Both the position numbers and the translations under genes were made by a program. From Promethearchaeati archaeon (GTDB lineage: Archaea; Asgardarchaeota; Heimdallarchaeia; JABLTI01): a DNA stretch of 47,869 nt. The stretch is taken from positions 1 to 47,869 of the forward strand of contig JABLTI010000011.1 in NCBI GenBank assembly GCA_013166835.1, read 5' to 3'. The notes under the pieces were generated by a model that searched no databases, was not told the DNA's origin, and saw nothing but the letters and a program-made list of their open reading frames with translations. This document shows, in pieces, positions 28,773 through 37,653 of this stretch (position 1 is the first letter of the stretch; the number at the start of each line of letters is the position of its first letter).

Positions 28773-30101
28773 TTGCTAGAATCTTCCACTCAAGAAAAGA
28801 AAGAGAATTTGCATCTCAATGGCAACAGAAGAGGTATTCTCTGGTTAATTTCGATGTTTACTACTGCGAACATTAACATCTTTATGCAGTTCTATCCTGC
28901 TTTTGCTTATCTCTACGGTGTTTCTAAAGCGGCTCTTGGTTTTCTGACTTCTATTAGAAATTTGATTAGCGGTCTTTTCCAGGGATCCATTGGTCGATTG
29001 TCGGATAAAATAGGTCGAAAGAACATTCTTATCATTGGTTTCATTCTTAGTTTTCTGATTCCTCTCCCTTTGATTTTCTATCGAGCTCAGTGGTTTCTTA
29101 TATTGACTTCAGTCATTCAGGCACTTTCTGTGAGTATTATTCTTCCTTCTTGGAATGCGGTGTTAGGAGATGTCACTCAACCTAGTTTCAGAGCAACTTT
29201 TATTGGGAGAATTACATCAGTTGCTCGAATATTTTCTGTTACTTTAACTCTAGGTCTTGCTGGTATTTTTGCAATTATTGAAAGTAAATATAATAATGTC
29301 CTTACAATTTTTGGTAGAGTTCATTACATTGGTTCTAACACCCAATTTGGCATTGTTTGGATCATGGCATCATTTAATGCTTTACTTTGCATTGCCTTCA
29401 TTTTTTTCATGAAAGAAACTCACGTTGTTTCTGAGGAAAAGCGAAAAGAAATCCCTAAAATGTGGGTTTCACTGAAAGACAAGAGTTTTCGAAAATTCTT
29501 GATTATTAATTCTGTTTATGGTATCGCCATGTCTATTATTTGGCCAATTAATCCCATAGTTTTAACGGATGAAAATCTCCTGAATCTTGGCGAAAGTTTT
29601 TCTAAATTAGCTTTACTTACTTCTGCATTTGCAGTTTTTATTGGATTGACTACAATTATTGGTGGTAAAATTTGCGATAAGATTGGTCGCAAACCTACTA
29701 TTATCATTTCTATAGTAATTCTGATTCTCTTCCCTGTAAGTATGATCCCTGCAGTTGCAACTAATAGATGGGCTTTACTCATTGTTTCCCGAATGGTAGG
29801 GGGAGTTGGCACTGGTTTGAATTTTGTCGCGATTAATGCCTATACTTTGGATATGGCGCCCCAGGAATTGATGGGAGCATATAGTGGTATGCGCGAAATG
29901 TTTTATGGTATCACCACTTTTATTGGATCACTTATTTCTGGCTTCATTGTTGAGGCATTGGATGTAAAATTCGCTTCAATAGGCTATACTAATTCTATTC
30001 AAGTTGCAATCATTGCCATGTGTATAGGCACGACTATTCTTCGAATTATGGCTGCTACGGGTTTTCTTTTCATTGATAAGGTCAAAGTTGCAAGTGATTA
30101 G
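28773..30101 (+). CDS. MFS transporter
   Basis: GRLSDKIGRK and GKICDKIGRK motifs; about 12 TM segments. Confidence 0.9.
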   Translation: MLESSTQEKKENLHLNGNRRGILWLISMFTTANINIFMQFYPAFAYLYGVSKAALGFLTSIRNLISGLFQGSIGRLSDKIGRKNILIIGFILSFLIPLPLIFYRAQWFLILTSVIQALSVSIILPSWNAVLGDVTQPSFRATFIGRITSVARIFSVTLTLGLAGIFAIIESKYNNVLTIFGRVHYIGSNTQFGIVWIMASFNALLCIAFIFFMKETHVVSEEKRKEIPKMWVSLKDKSFRKFLIINSVYGIAMSIIWPINPIVLTDENLLNLGESFSKLALLTSAFAVFIGLTTIIGGKICDKIGRKPTIIISIVILILFPVSMIPAVATNRWALLIVSRMVGGVGTGLNFVAINAYTLDMAPQELMGAYSGMREMFYGITTFIGSLISGFIVEALDVKFASIGYTNSIQVAIIAMCIGTTILRIMAATGFLFIDKVKVASD

Positions 30102-30175
30102 CAGAGATTAGAAATTCTTTTTTACCTTCAATACTTTGGATTGTTAAGTTACTATTGGAGAGTTAAAGTGAAAAA

Positions 30176-31537
30176 TTGTCTGATAATCAATCAAAGTTAC
30201 AGAGCAATTCAACTGCTGGGATTGATGAAAATTCAGATGAGATATTAGATAAGAACGAATTAGATGACGTAATCGAAGAAAAAAAACCAAAACAAAAAAA
30301 GCTCTTTTGGTTGATCTCCACAGGCAGCAATAGCTCAGATTTAATCTTATTGAATTTCTTCCAGTATTTTGCAGCCAATATAGTTTCTCTTGGCATTTTA
30401 GGATATTTAACTGCAATCCGCAATTTATTGAAAGCACTTTTTCAAGAGGTTTTTGGTCGGCTCAGTGATCGACGAGGAAGAAAAATATTTCTTATCACAG
30501 GTTTCTTTTTAAGTTTTGTAGCAACCGTACTTCTAGCTTTTTCCTATAGAAGCCAAATTATGTTGATTATTGTTATCACAATTCATGCTTTTTCATTCAG
30601 TATAAGTTTCCCAGTTTGGAATGCGACACTTGGTGATGTGACTGAAATCAAAGGCAGAACAACGTTCATTGGAAAATTAACAGCTATTGGACAAGGAGTT
30701 GGTGTTGCTTTAATGTTAATTTTAACTGGTTTCTTTTATATCCTCGAGAATTCCTATGGTTATGCTTTGGACTGGAAGATCGAGTATGGAATCGTTTTTG
30801 CTATTAGCGCTTTCTGTTTACTTCTTAGTGCTATTGGAGTACTTTTCCTAAAAGAAACGAGGAAATCAGATCTTATTCACAAACCTCCAAGAATGTTGAC
30901 TTCACTCAAAAACAAACCATTTAGGAATTTTATCATTGTAAACAGTGTCTATGGTATTGTTATGGCAGCTCTCTGGCCCATTTACCCAATAATACAAGTT
31001 AAAGCCCTTGGAATGGAATTTTATCAGTTAACATTGGTATCTGCAATTTATGCAATATGCTTTGGCATTTCTGGTTTCTTTGGTGGAAGAATTGGTGATC
31101 GCATCGGTCGTAAACCAGTTCTTATTGTCACACGGTTTGTGCTATTTACGGTTTCTCTTCTTTACATTCCAGCTGTTATTTTCGATGCTTGGGGATACGT
31201 AATCTTAACCAATGTCGTTAGTGGTCTTTGCAATGGAGCGTTTTTCATTGTGATGAATGCATACGCTTTGGATTGTTCTTCAGAAGACACGAAGGGCAGC
31301 TATTCTGGTTTAGCTCAAGTTTCTTGGGGTATTGCTACATCAGTCGGATCTCTTGTTGCAGGTTTTATTGCACTTGCTATAGAAAACAATGCTTCTGGGA
31401 CTCCGGTTGAAGCAACTAAATATATGATAATTATAACAACTATTGCTATAGGAGTCTTGCGGATTCTAGCATCTATTGGTTACTTCTTTGTAAAAGAAAG
31501 TTTACCCAAACATAAGAGAACTAATCATTCAAAGTAA
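30176..31537 (+). CDS. MFS transporter (paralog)
   Basis: GRLSDRRGRK, WNATLGDVT and GRIGDRIGRK. Confidence 0.9.
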   Translation: MSDNQSKLQSNSTAGIDENSDEILDKNELDDVIEEKKPKQKKLFWLISTGSNSSDLILLNFFQYFAANIVSLGILGYLTAIRNLLKALFQEVFGRLSDRRGRKIFLITGFFLSFVATVLLAFSYRSQIMLIIVITIHAFSFSISFPVWNATLGDVTEIKGRTTFIGKLTAIGQGVGVALMLILTGFFYILENSYGYALDWKIEYGIVFAISAFCLLLSAIGVLFLKETRKSDLIHKPPRMLTSLKNKPFRNFIIVNSVYGIVMAALWPIYPIIQVKALGMEFYQLTLVSAIYAICFGISGFFGGRIGDRIGRKPVLIVTRFVLFTVSLLYIPAVIFDAWGYVILTNVVSGLCNGAFFIVMNAYALDCSSEDTKGSYSGLAQVSWGIATSVGSLVAGFIALAIENNASGTPVEATKYMIIITTIAIGVLRILASIGYFFVKESLPKHKRTNHSK

Positions 31538-31558
31538 TGTATTTAAAATTTGAAAAGG

Positions 31559-33016
31559 TTATTTTGATTGTGTTTGACTGTCTTCAGGAGTATATTGGAC
31601 AGGATGAGTCGGAGCTGCTTCCTCTGCTTTCTTTAGTTTTAGAGCTTCGCGAGCTTCTTTTGGAAGGCTTTCTTCTATGAAGAAATAACCAATGGATGCG
31701 ATAAATCTAAGAATTGCTATTATTGAAAACATTACTATCACCATAAATCTAATTCTATCCTCTTCTGCAGCATATGGAGCGTTGTTTGTAATTGCGGTTG
31801 CTATAAAACCAGCGGATAAAGAACCAATAAATGTTAAAACCCCCCAACCGACTTGTTGAAGACCACTATATGCGCCCATTTGATCCTCAGGAGCAATATC
31901 TAGAATATAGGCATTCATTGATACAGTTATAGCACCCATGGCAGATCCACCAACAATATTTGATATCAGCAGCATTTGCCAACTACCCATGTAAACTGCA
32001 CCAATCATAACTAAGGGTATAACAAACATGGCAGCGCGACCATATATTATGAAAGGTTTTCGTCCAAATCTATCACCCAATTTACCTCCAAAAAATTGAC
32101 CCAAACTAGAGAAGACTGAAAACACAGCATTAACTATGGCTATTTGTGGAAAATTCATTCCAAGAACAGAGACTTGTGCTATTGGAAAAATTGGCCACAT
32201 TAAAGACATGATCAAACCGTAAACGGAATTAATTATAAAGAATTTAGTAAAGCGTTTATCCTTTAAAGCAAGCAGCATTTTAGGTTGCTTCTTTTGGTTC
32301 CCATTCTTATTTGTTTCTCTGAGAAGTAAAGCCCCGACGAAACATAAAATGAAATTAAATGCTGCAACACCAAAAGCTATACCATATTGTAATCGCGGTT
32401 CAATAACTGGAACAAAAATAACGAGATCGCGGAATTTAAGATGAACATTAAATCCTCCGTATTCCTCAATGATATAAAACACTCCTGCGAGTGCTAGCAT
32501 TAAGCTTACAGAAACGGCTGTGCCCATTGCAGATAAACGACCCATGAAACTAGCTCGTTTCTCAGTCTTTGTAACATCACCTAGAGTAGCGTTCCATACT
32601 GGAATTATTATGCTAAGTGCAGTTGCTTGAACTATTGAGATTATAATTAGCATCATTGGATTATTCAGAAATATTAGAACAATCATAATTGAAAAGCTTA
32701 GAAAAAAACCTAGTAAGAGGAAATATTTTCGACCATATTTATCGCTTAATCGACCTATAATTCCTTGAAAGAGAGAACCCATTAAATTACGAATGGATGT
32801 TATAAATCCTAAAATTGAGCTTGAAACTCCAACTAGAACAGCAAACGCTGAAAAGAAATTAAAGAGAAACGACTGACCAGTAGCATTCCCAATTGAAATT
32901 AATCGAAATAAATTATTTCTTCTCTTCACTTCTTTCTCATTTTCATCTGATTTCTCTGCAGAAGGATCACATTCCTCATCTGGAATCTCTTCTTCTATTG
33001 TTTCTCCTTCTTTCAT
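31559..33016 (-). CDS. MFS transporter (paralog)
   Basis: GRLSDKYGRK, WNATLGDVT and GKLGDRFGRK. Confidence 0.9.
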   Translation of the reverse strand: MKEGETIEEEIPDEECDPSAEKSDENEKEVKRRNNLFRLISIGNATGQSFLFNFFSAFAVLVGVSSSILGFITSIRNLMGSLFQGIIGRLSDKYGRKYFLLLGFFLSFSIMIVLIFLNNPMMLIIISIVQATALSIIIPVWNATLGDVTKTEKRASFMGRLSAMGTAVSVSLMLALAGVFYIIEEYGGFNVHLKFRDLVIFVPVIEPRLQYGIAFGVAAFNFILCFVGALLLRETNKNGNQKKQPKMLLALKDKRFTKFFIINSVYGLIMSLMWPIFPIAQVSVLGMNFPQIAIVNAVFSVFSSLGQFFGGKLGDRFGRKPFIIYGRAAMFVIPLVMIGAVYMGSWQMLLISNIVGGSAMGAITVSMNAYILDIAPEDQMGAYSGLQQVGWGVLTFIGSLSAGFIATAITNNAPYAAEEDRIRFMVIVMFSIIAILRFIASIGYFFIEESLPKEAREALKLKKAEEAAPTHPVQYTPEDSQTQSK

Positions 33017-33130
33017 AGAAATCAGTCCTAGAACAAATTTGACTCAGTTTATATTTTTCTTTTAAACGTTCAATGAGTTTTAAACATTTGTAAAGAAGTT
33101 AAAAAATATATAGAAAGAAGAAGAAATGAC

Positions 33131-34597
33131 TTACATTTTCACTTCTTCAAAGAAATTTGGATGGTATCTTACTAATCGACTCTTTCCTTGACCATAAACT
33201 TCGTGTTTCAGTTCGCTTACTATTTTAATTTCATCGAACACAAACAAACCATTATCGTATCCTCTTTGGAAGAGATCAAATTCATGTAGGGATTCAAAGA
33301 GTTCTTTTTTGAACTCTTCTTCATTATTCGTGAATTCAGGTTCAATTGTTAAGGTTATTTTTGGTTTGTATTTATCTCGAGAAACGAAGACTTCCCAAAG
33401 ATTTACTTTACCATTCTTGAATTCTTTTCGTAATAATTGATCGAAGATTATTGCTGAAAGTCTTATGATTCCTAGATTAATGACACTATCAGTTCTACCA
33501 ATGATTTTTAGTCTTACACTGTCTTCTCCACAAGCACACTCATCATTTCCAATGACTTTTACTGCATCTCTTACACGATACCTGACCATTGGCATTGCTT
33601 CTTTAAAGTCTGTTACAACTAATTCTCCTGTGAGACCTTTTTCTGCTTCTGATGCAAGAACTGTTCCCGCGAGATAGTCAGGATCACTTTCTTCTTTTTC
33701 TAACTCTTTATCTGGGATAATTTCAACTATAGCATGATGGCTTGGAAAGTGCATACCATTGTGTTCTTTGCATTCATATCCTCCACTGAAACCTTCTGTA
33801 AAGGCATAGACATCAAATGCTTCTAAACCCCACTTATCTTCTATTGCTTTTCTGTAAGGATCTAGTGATTCCCCACCAAAATAACCATATTTCATATCTT
33901 TGAAGATATTTTTTGGATAGATTTTTTTGAGTTTAGTAGCAAAGGCAGCTACTCTTAATTTCATGCTTTTTTCCATATCTGCTCTTGCTTTCAGGATTTT
34001 TGGAGTGTTGATAGCAACTTCATCAGCCATTCTCAATGTAATAGAGGGAGTTCCAACAATTACTGTAGGACTTCGTTTCATTAATAATCCAAAACCATCT
34101 TGAACATACTCTGGAGAAAATGCAAGAACTTCTATAGGAGTTCCTAGTTTTCCTGTGTTTTCCAGCAACTTAAATGGTGAGCTTCCAGAAATAAACGGAG
34201 GGGGTAATACTATTGTTAAAATTCGATCTGTTGGTGAAAGAGTTTTCATAAATGTATGAGCAATTGCCACACCTGCAAGTTGATAATCATTATATGTCCA
34301 AGGTATCCACTTCTTATTTCCCATGGAACCAGAAGTTGTGTACCAAAAGCCAACTGTTTCTGTTAAAATTAGGTCTTCTACTGAATGATTCTCCCAAGCT
34401 ATCCTTAAATCATTAGCACTTGTGAATGGAATTGTTTTCAATCCTTTGTAACCCTTTAATTCTTTCACGTTTAAGTTTCGTTTTTTCCATCTCTCATGAT
34501 AGAGAGCTGATTTGTATGCTTTTTGAAAAAGCTGGGTGTCCTCTAGACGTTTTTCATGTTTTTGGTATAGTTTCTGGAATTCTGACATATCTTTCAA
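33131..34597 (-). CDS. Phenylacetate--CoA ligase / F390 synthetase-like adenylating enzyme
   Basis: IPFTSANDLR, P-loop YTTSGSMGNKK, YAFTE, GELVVT...AMPMVRYRVRD and IIGRTD. The ATG at 34588 is the likelier start. Confidence 0.85.
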   Translation of the reverse strand: MKDMSEFQKLYQKHEKRLEDTQLFQKAYKSALYHERWKKRNLNVKELKGYKGLKTIPFTSANDLRIAWENHSVEDLILTETVGFWYTTSGSMGNKKWIPWTYNDYQLAGVAIAHTFMKTLSPTDRILTIVLPPPFISGSSPFKLLENTGKLGTPIEVLAFSPEYVQDGFGLLMKRSPTVIVGTPSITLRMADEVAINTPKILKARADMEKSMKLRVAAFATKLKKIYPKNIFKDMKYGYFGGESLDPYRKAIEDKWGLEAFDVYAFTEGFSGGYECKEHNGMHFPSHHAIVEIIPDKELEKEESDPDYLAGTVLASEAEKGLTGELVVTDFKEAMPMVRYRVRDAVKVIGNDECACGEDSVRLKIIGRTDSVINLGIIRLSAIIFDQLLRKEFKNGKVNLWEVFVSRDKYKPKITLTIEPEFTNNEEEFKKELFESLHEFDLFQRGYDNGLFVFDEIKIVSELKHEVYGQGKSRLVRYHPNFFEEVKM

Positions 34598-34699
34598 TAT
34601 CCTTAAATTGTTTTACTGCCAATTAAGCAATATTATTATTTGTAATCCTAACAAATTCTAATATCGGTATTTATTCATTATCTTTGCGGTTGATATCAT

Positions 34700-36073
34700 A
34701 TGGCGTTCGACAATTTACTCTCATCCCTCATTAAAAATCGACTGAATAAAATGAACAAATTATTGGAAAATAACGATCTAATTTCTATTCAGAAGGAAAT
34801 TGAAAAATATGACTATAAGAAATTAAAATTAGTGAAGAAATACCATCTTATAACTGGTTTAAAACATGTAGCCAAAAATTCCCCCTATTACAAAGATAAA
34901 ATGCCACCTCAAATAAAAGATATCAAATATAGTAATGCTTTAGCGATTATTCCAAAATTACCTTTTACAACATCTCTAGAGGTTTCAAAAGATTCAGAGC
35001 AATTTCTAGCAATACCAAAAGAAGATGTTGTTAATATTCATTTTACTTATGGGACAACGGGTGGCAAAAAAACAATCTATAACTCGAGAAGAGACATGAG
35101 ACAAATCAATTACAGTTATACTTTAGGATTTATCAACTGTGGAATTGTTGCGTCAGATATTGCACAACTAGTTTATTCCTTTGGTGTTTGGGGATTGGCT
35201 GAGAATATTCAAAGAGCATTATTAAATCAAGGAATTATCACTTTATCCACCGGAAATTATGTTAATTTTCAAGAACAACAGCAATTTATCGAGAAATTTG
35301 GAACTACTGTGATTTTTGGCACCCCATCCTACGTTTACAATCTCGCTCAAGAGTGTGACCTACCACAAAAGAACAAGGATAAAATGAATGCAATTCTTGT
35401 AGGTGGAGAAGGATTACCAGAACATCGAAGAAAAATAATCGAGGAGCGTCTTGGTGGAGAAGTCTACATTAATTACGGACTTAATGAAGTGGGTGGTGGA
35501 ATAGGTTCTGAATGTAGGATTCATAAGGGATATCATATTTTTCCTTCATCACACATCGAAATCATTAATCCAAAAACTGGTGAACCTGTCGATACAGAAG
35601 AATTTGGTGAACTTGTTGTTACACCACTTAATAGAGAAGCAATGCCTTTACTTCGTTACCGCACTGGTGATATAACTCGAATGCTTGATGGTGAATGTGA
35701 TTGTGGATTGAAATTACCTAGAATTGATTATCTAAAGGGTAGAGCTGATGATAAAGTAATAATTGGAGCGGCAGAAAAATATTATCCCATTGATTTCGAT
35801 TTATTATTTGATCCTATGCCTGAAATCAAAGATTATTGGATTGAAATTAGCACCAAAAATGACAAAGATGCTTTACTGATATATGTGTTAGCAGATAAAC
35901 CATCAAAGAAATTAGAGGAGAAAATTATAGAGAAATGTTATTCTTTAGACTCCATAAAAATTGACATAGAGACCACTAAAACACTGAATGAACCGGAAGT
36001 TGTTTTCATAGACAAATTACCAAAAGGTGGAAAAAGAAGAAGACTTGTAGATAAAAGAAAATTTCTAAAATAA
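34700..36073 (+). CDS. Phenylacetate--CoA ligase (PaaK)-like adenylating enzyme
   Basis: LPFTT, FTYGTTGGKK, GTPSY, YGLNE, GELVVTPLNREAMPLLRYRTGD, CDCG and GRADD. Confidence 0.88.
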   Translation: MAFDNLLSSLIKNRLNKMNKLLENNDLISIQKEIEKYDYKKLKLVKKYHLITGLKHVAKNSPYYKDKMPPQIKDIKYSNALAIIPKLPFTTSLEVSKDSEQFLAIPKEDVVNIHFTYGTTGGKKTIYNSRRDMRQINYSYTLGFINCGIVASDIAQLVYSFGVWGLAENIQRALLNQGIITLSTGNYVNFQEQQQFIEKFGTTVIFGTPSYVYNLAQECDLPQKNKDKMNAILVGGEGLPEHRRKIIEERLGGEVYINYGLNEVGGGIGSECRIHKGYHIFPSSHIEIINPKTGEPVDTEEFGELVVTPLNREAMPLLRYRTGDITRMLDGECDCGLKLPRIDYLKGRADDKVIIGAAEKYYPIDFDLLFDPMPEIKDYWIEISTKNDKDALLIYVLADKPSKKLEEKIIEKCYSLDSIKIDIETTKTLNEPEVVFIDKLPKGGKRRRLVDKRKFLK

Positions 36074-36081
36074 GATGATGG

Positions 36082-36708
36082 ATGATCAAAATGAAAAAAA
36101 GATCAAAAATTATTCTTGTCATATTTCTCGTATTAGTTACTTTAACTGGAATTATTGTTCCTCTGATTCCTTTTATGTTGTTTACTCCGGCCTATGGTAC
36201 TCCTTCTTTTGAATTTCCTATGGTTGAACCTCTCAATATTACTAGTTTGTCTGCCTATAACACCCCAGATTGGGGGGAACCGGGAGTATTTCACAATGGT
36301 ATTGATTTAGCGATTAGTGGTCCAACTCAACTCATCTCTCCATGCTATGGGATTGTAAGCAATATTTGGTATAACATTAATCCATATTCTGAGGGAGAAG
36401 TAGCAATGATCCACGTATCCATAATGGTTAATTATGGTTGGTCTCTAAAACTAGTTTTTGAACCATGGGCAAATACAACGGAGATTCGAGAACAACAATT
36501 AGCAGCAATAGTAGTTAAAGTTGGAGATAAAGTCAAACCTGGGGATTTAATTGGAACGTTACTGTATAATTATGACTATCCTCATCTGCATTACATGATT
36601 ATGCATTTTGGAACTGATGTTTGCCCATTTGCTTATTCATCAGCAGAAGCTAAAGCAATCTTCATTGAAATTGCCACTAGAACTAATACCACCATTTGTT
36701 ATCCTTAG
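36082..36708 (+). CDS. Membrane-anchored M23-family (LytM-like) metallopeptidase
   Basis: N-terminal basic patch and TM helix; HxxxD (FHNGIDL), VKVGDKVKPGDLIG and HxH (PHLHY), followed by VCP. Confidence 0.78.
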   Translation: MIKMKKRSKIILVIFLVLVTLTGIIVPLIPFMLFTPAYGTPSFEFPMVEPLNITSLSAYNTPDWGEPGVFHNGIDLAISGPTQLISPCYGIVSNIWYNINPYSEGEVAMIHVSIMVNYGWSLKLVFEPWANTTEIREQQLAAIVVKVGDKVKPGDLIGTLLYNYDYPHLHYMIMHFGTDVCPFAYSSAEAKAIFIEIATRTNTTICYP

Positions 36709-36798
36709 TGTTTTTTTTGATTAAATTAGTGATAAAGTTATGAATCAGAACAGCTAGTAGTTATATTACAAAAACAAACCAGTTATGAGTTGATTCTT

Positions 36799-37533
36799 TT
36801 GTGTGGAAGATTTGCTAGATTCTCACCCGCCCATGTGTTTAGGATGTTGTTTCAATTAAACGAGTTTCTTGAGCTTCCTCCTCAGTACAATATTGCTCCA
36901 GGACAAGACATTTATGCTGTTCGAGGAATCATTGTGAGAGACGAACAAACAAGAGCAGCTGCTATAAACAACTATCAAAAAGAAGTTGTTCCTTTCAAAT
37001 GGGGATTGATTCCTTTCTGGGCTAAAGACCCTACAATTGGGAATCGGATGATTAATTCTCGTTCTGAAACCATTAGTGAAAAACCATCTTTTAAAGCAGC
37101 TTTCAAGAATCATCGCTGTCTAATCCCAGCAGACGGATTTTATGAATGGCAAAAGAAGAGAGATGGACCAAAACAACCCTACTTTATTCATTTAAAGGAG
37201 AACCAACCTTTGGCTCTTGCAGGTATTTGGGATAAATGGAAAAGTCCTGAAGGGAAAGAAGTAGAATCTTGTTCTATACTAACCACTGAACCAAACAAAG
37301 TAGTAGAACCTATACACAAACGAATGCCTGTGATAATTGATCCTAAAGATTTCGATTTGTGGTTAAACCCCGAAAACAAGGAAATAGATCAAGTCAAACC
37401 TCTTTTGAAACCTTATGATGCCGATAAGATGGAAGCTTATCCCGTTCCTCTCTATGTAAATAAACCAGAAAACAAAGGGGAACAATGTATTACAAAACTC
37501 GTAGAGAAGTACAAGCAACAAAAATTATTCTAA
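36799..37533 (+). CDS. SOS response-associated peptidase (SRAP; YedK/HMCES family abasic-site crosslinking protein)
   Basis: (M)CGRF, YNIAPGQ, WGLIPFWAKD, INSRSET, RCLIPADGFYEW, KQPYFI and IHKRMPV. I moved the start from 36790 to the TTG at 36799 so that Cys is residue 2. Confidence 0.95.
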   Translation: MCGRFARFSPAHVFRMLFQLNEFLELPPQYNIAPGQDIYAVRGIIVRDEQTRAAAINNYQKEVVPFKWGLIPFWAKDPTIGNRMINSRSETISEKPSFKAAFKNHRCLIPADGFYEWQKKRDGPKQPYFIHLKENQPLALAGIWDKWKSPEGKEVESCSILTTEPNKVVEPIHKRMPVIIDPKDFDLWLNPENKEIDQVKPLLKPYDADKMEAYPVPLYVNKPENKGEQCITKLVEKYKQQKLF

Positions 37534-37653
37534 GCAAGCAACTTCTCAAGGGAACTTTTTCCCGGAAACGATTTGTTCCGTGCATTTTTTTCGACAAAAA
37601 TACTTACAGTTGACTCTCACTTTCGGTCATCTATTAATTAAGGTCTACTCTAA

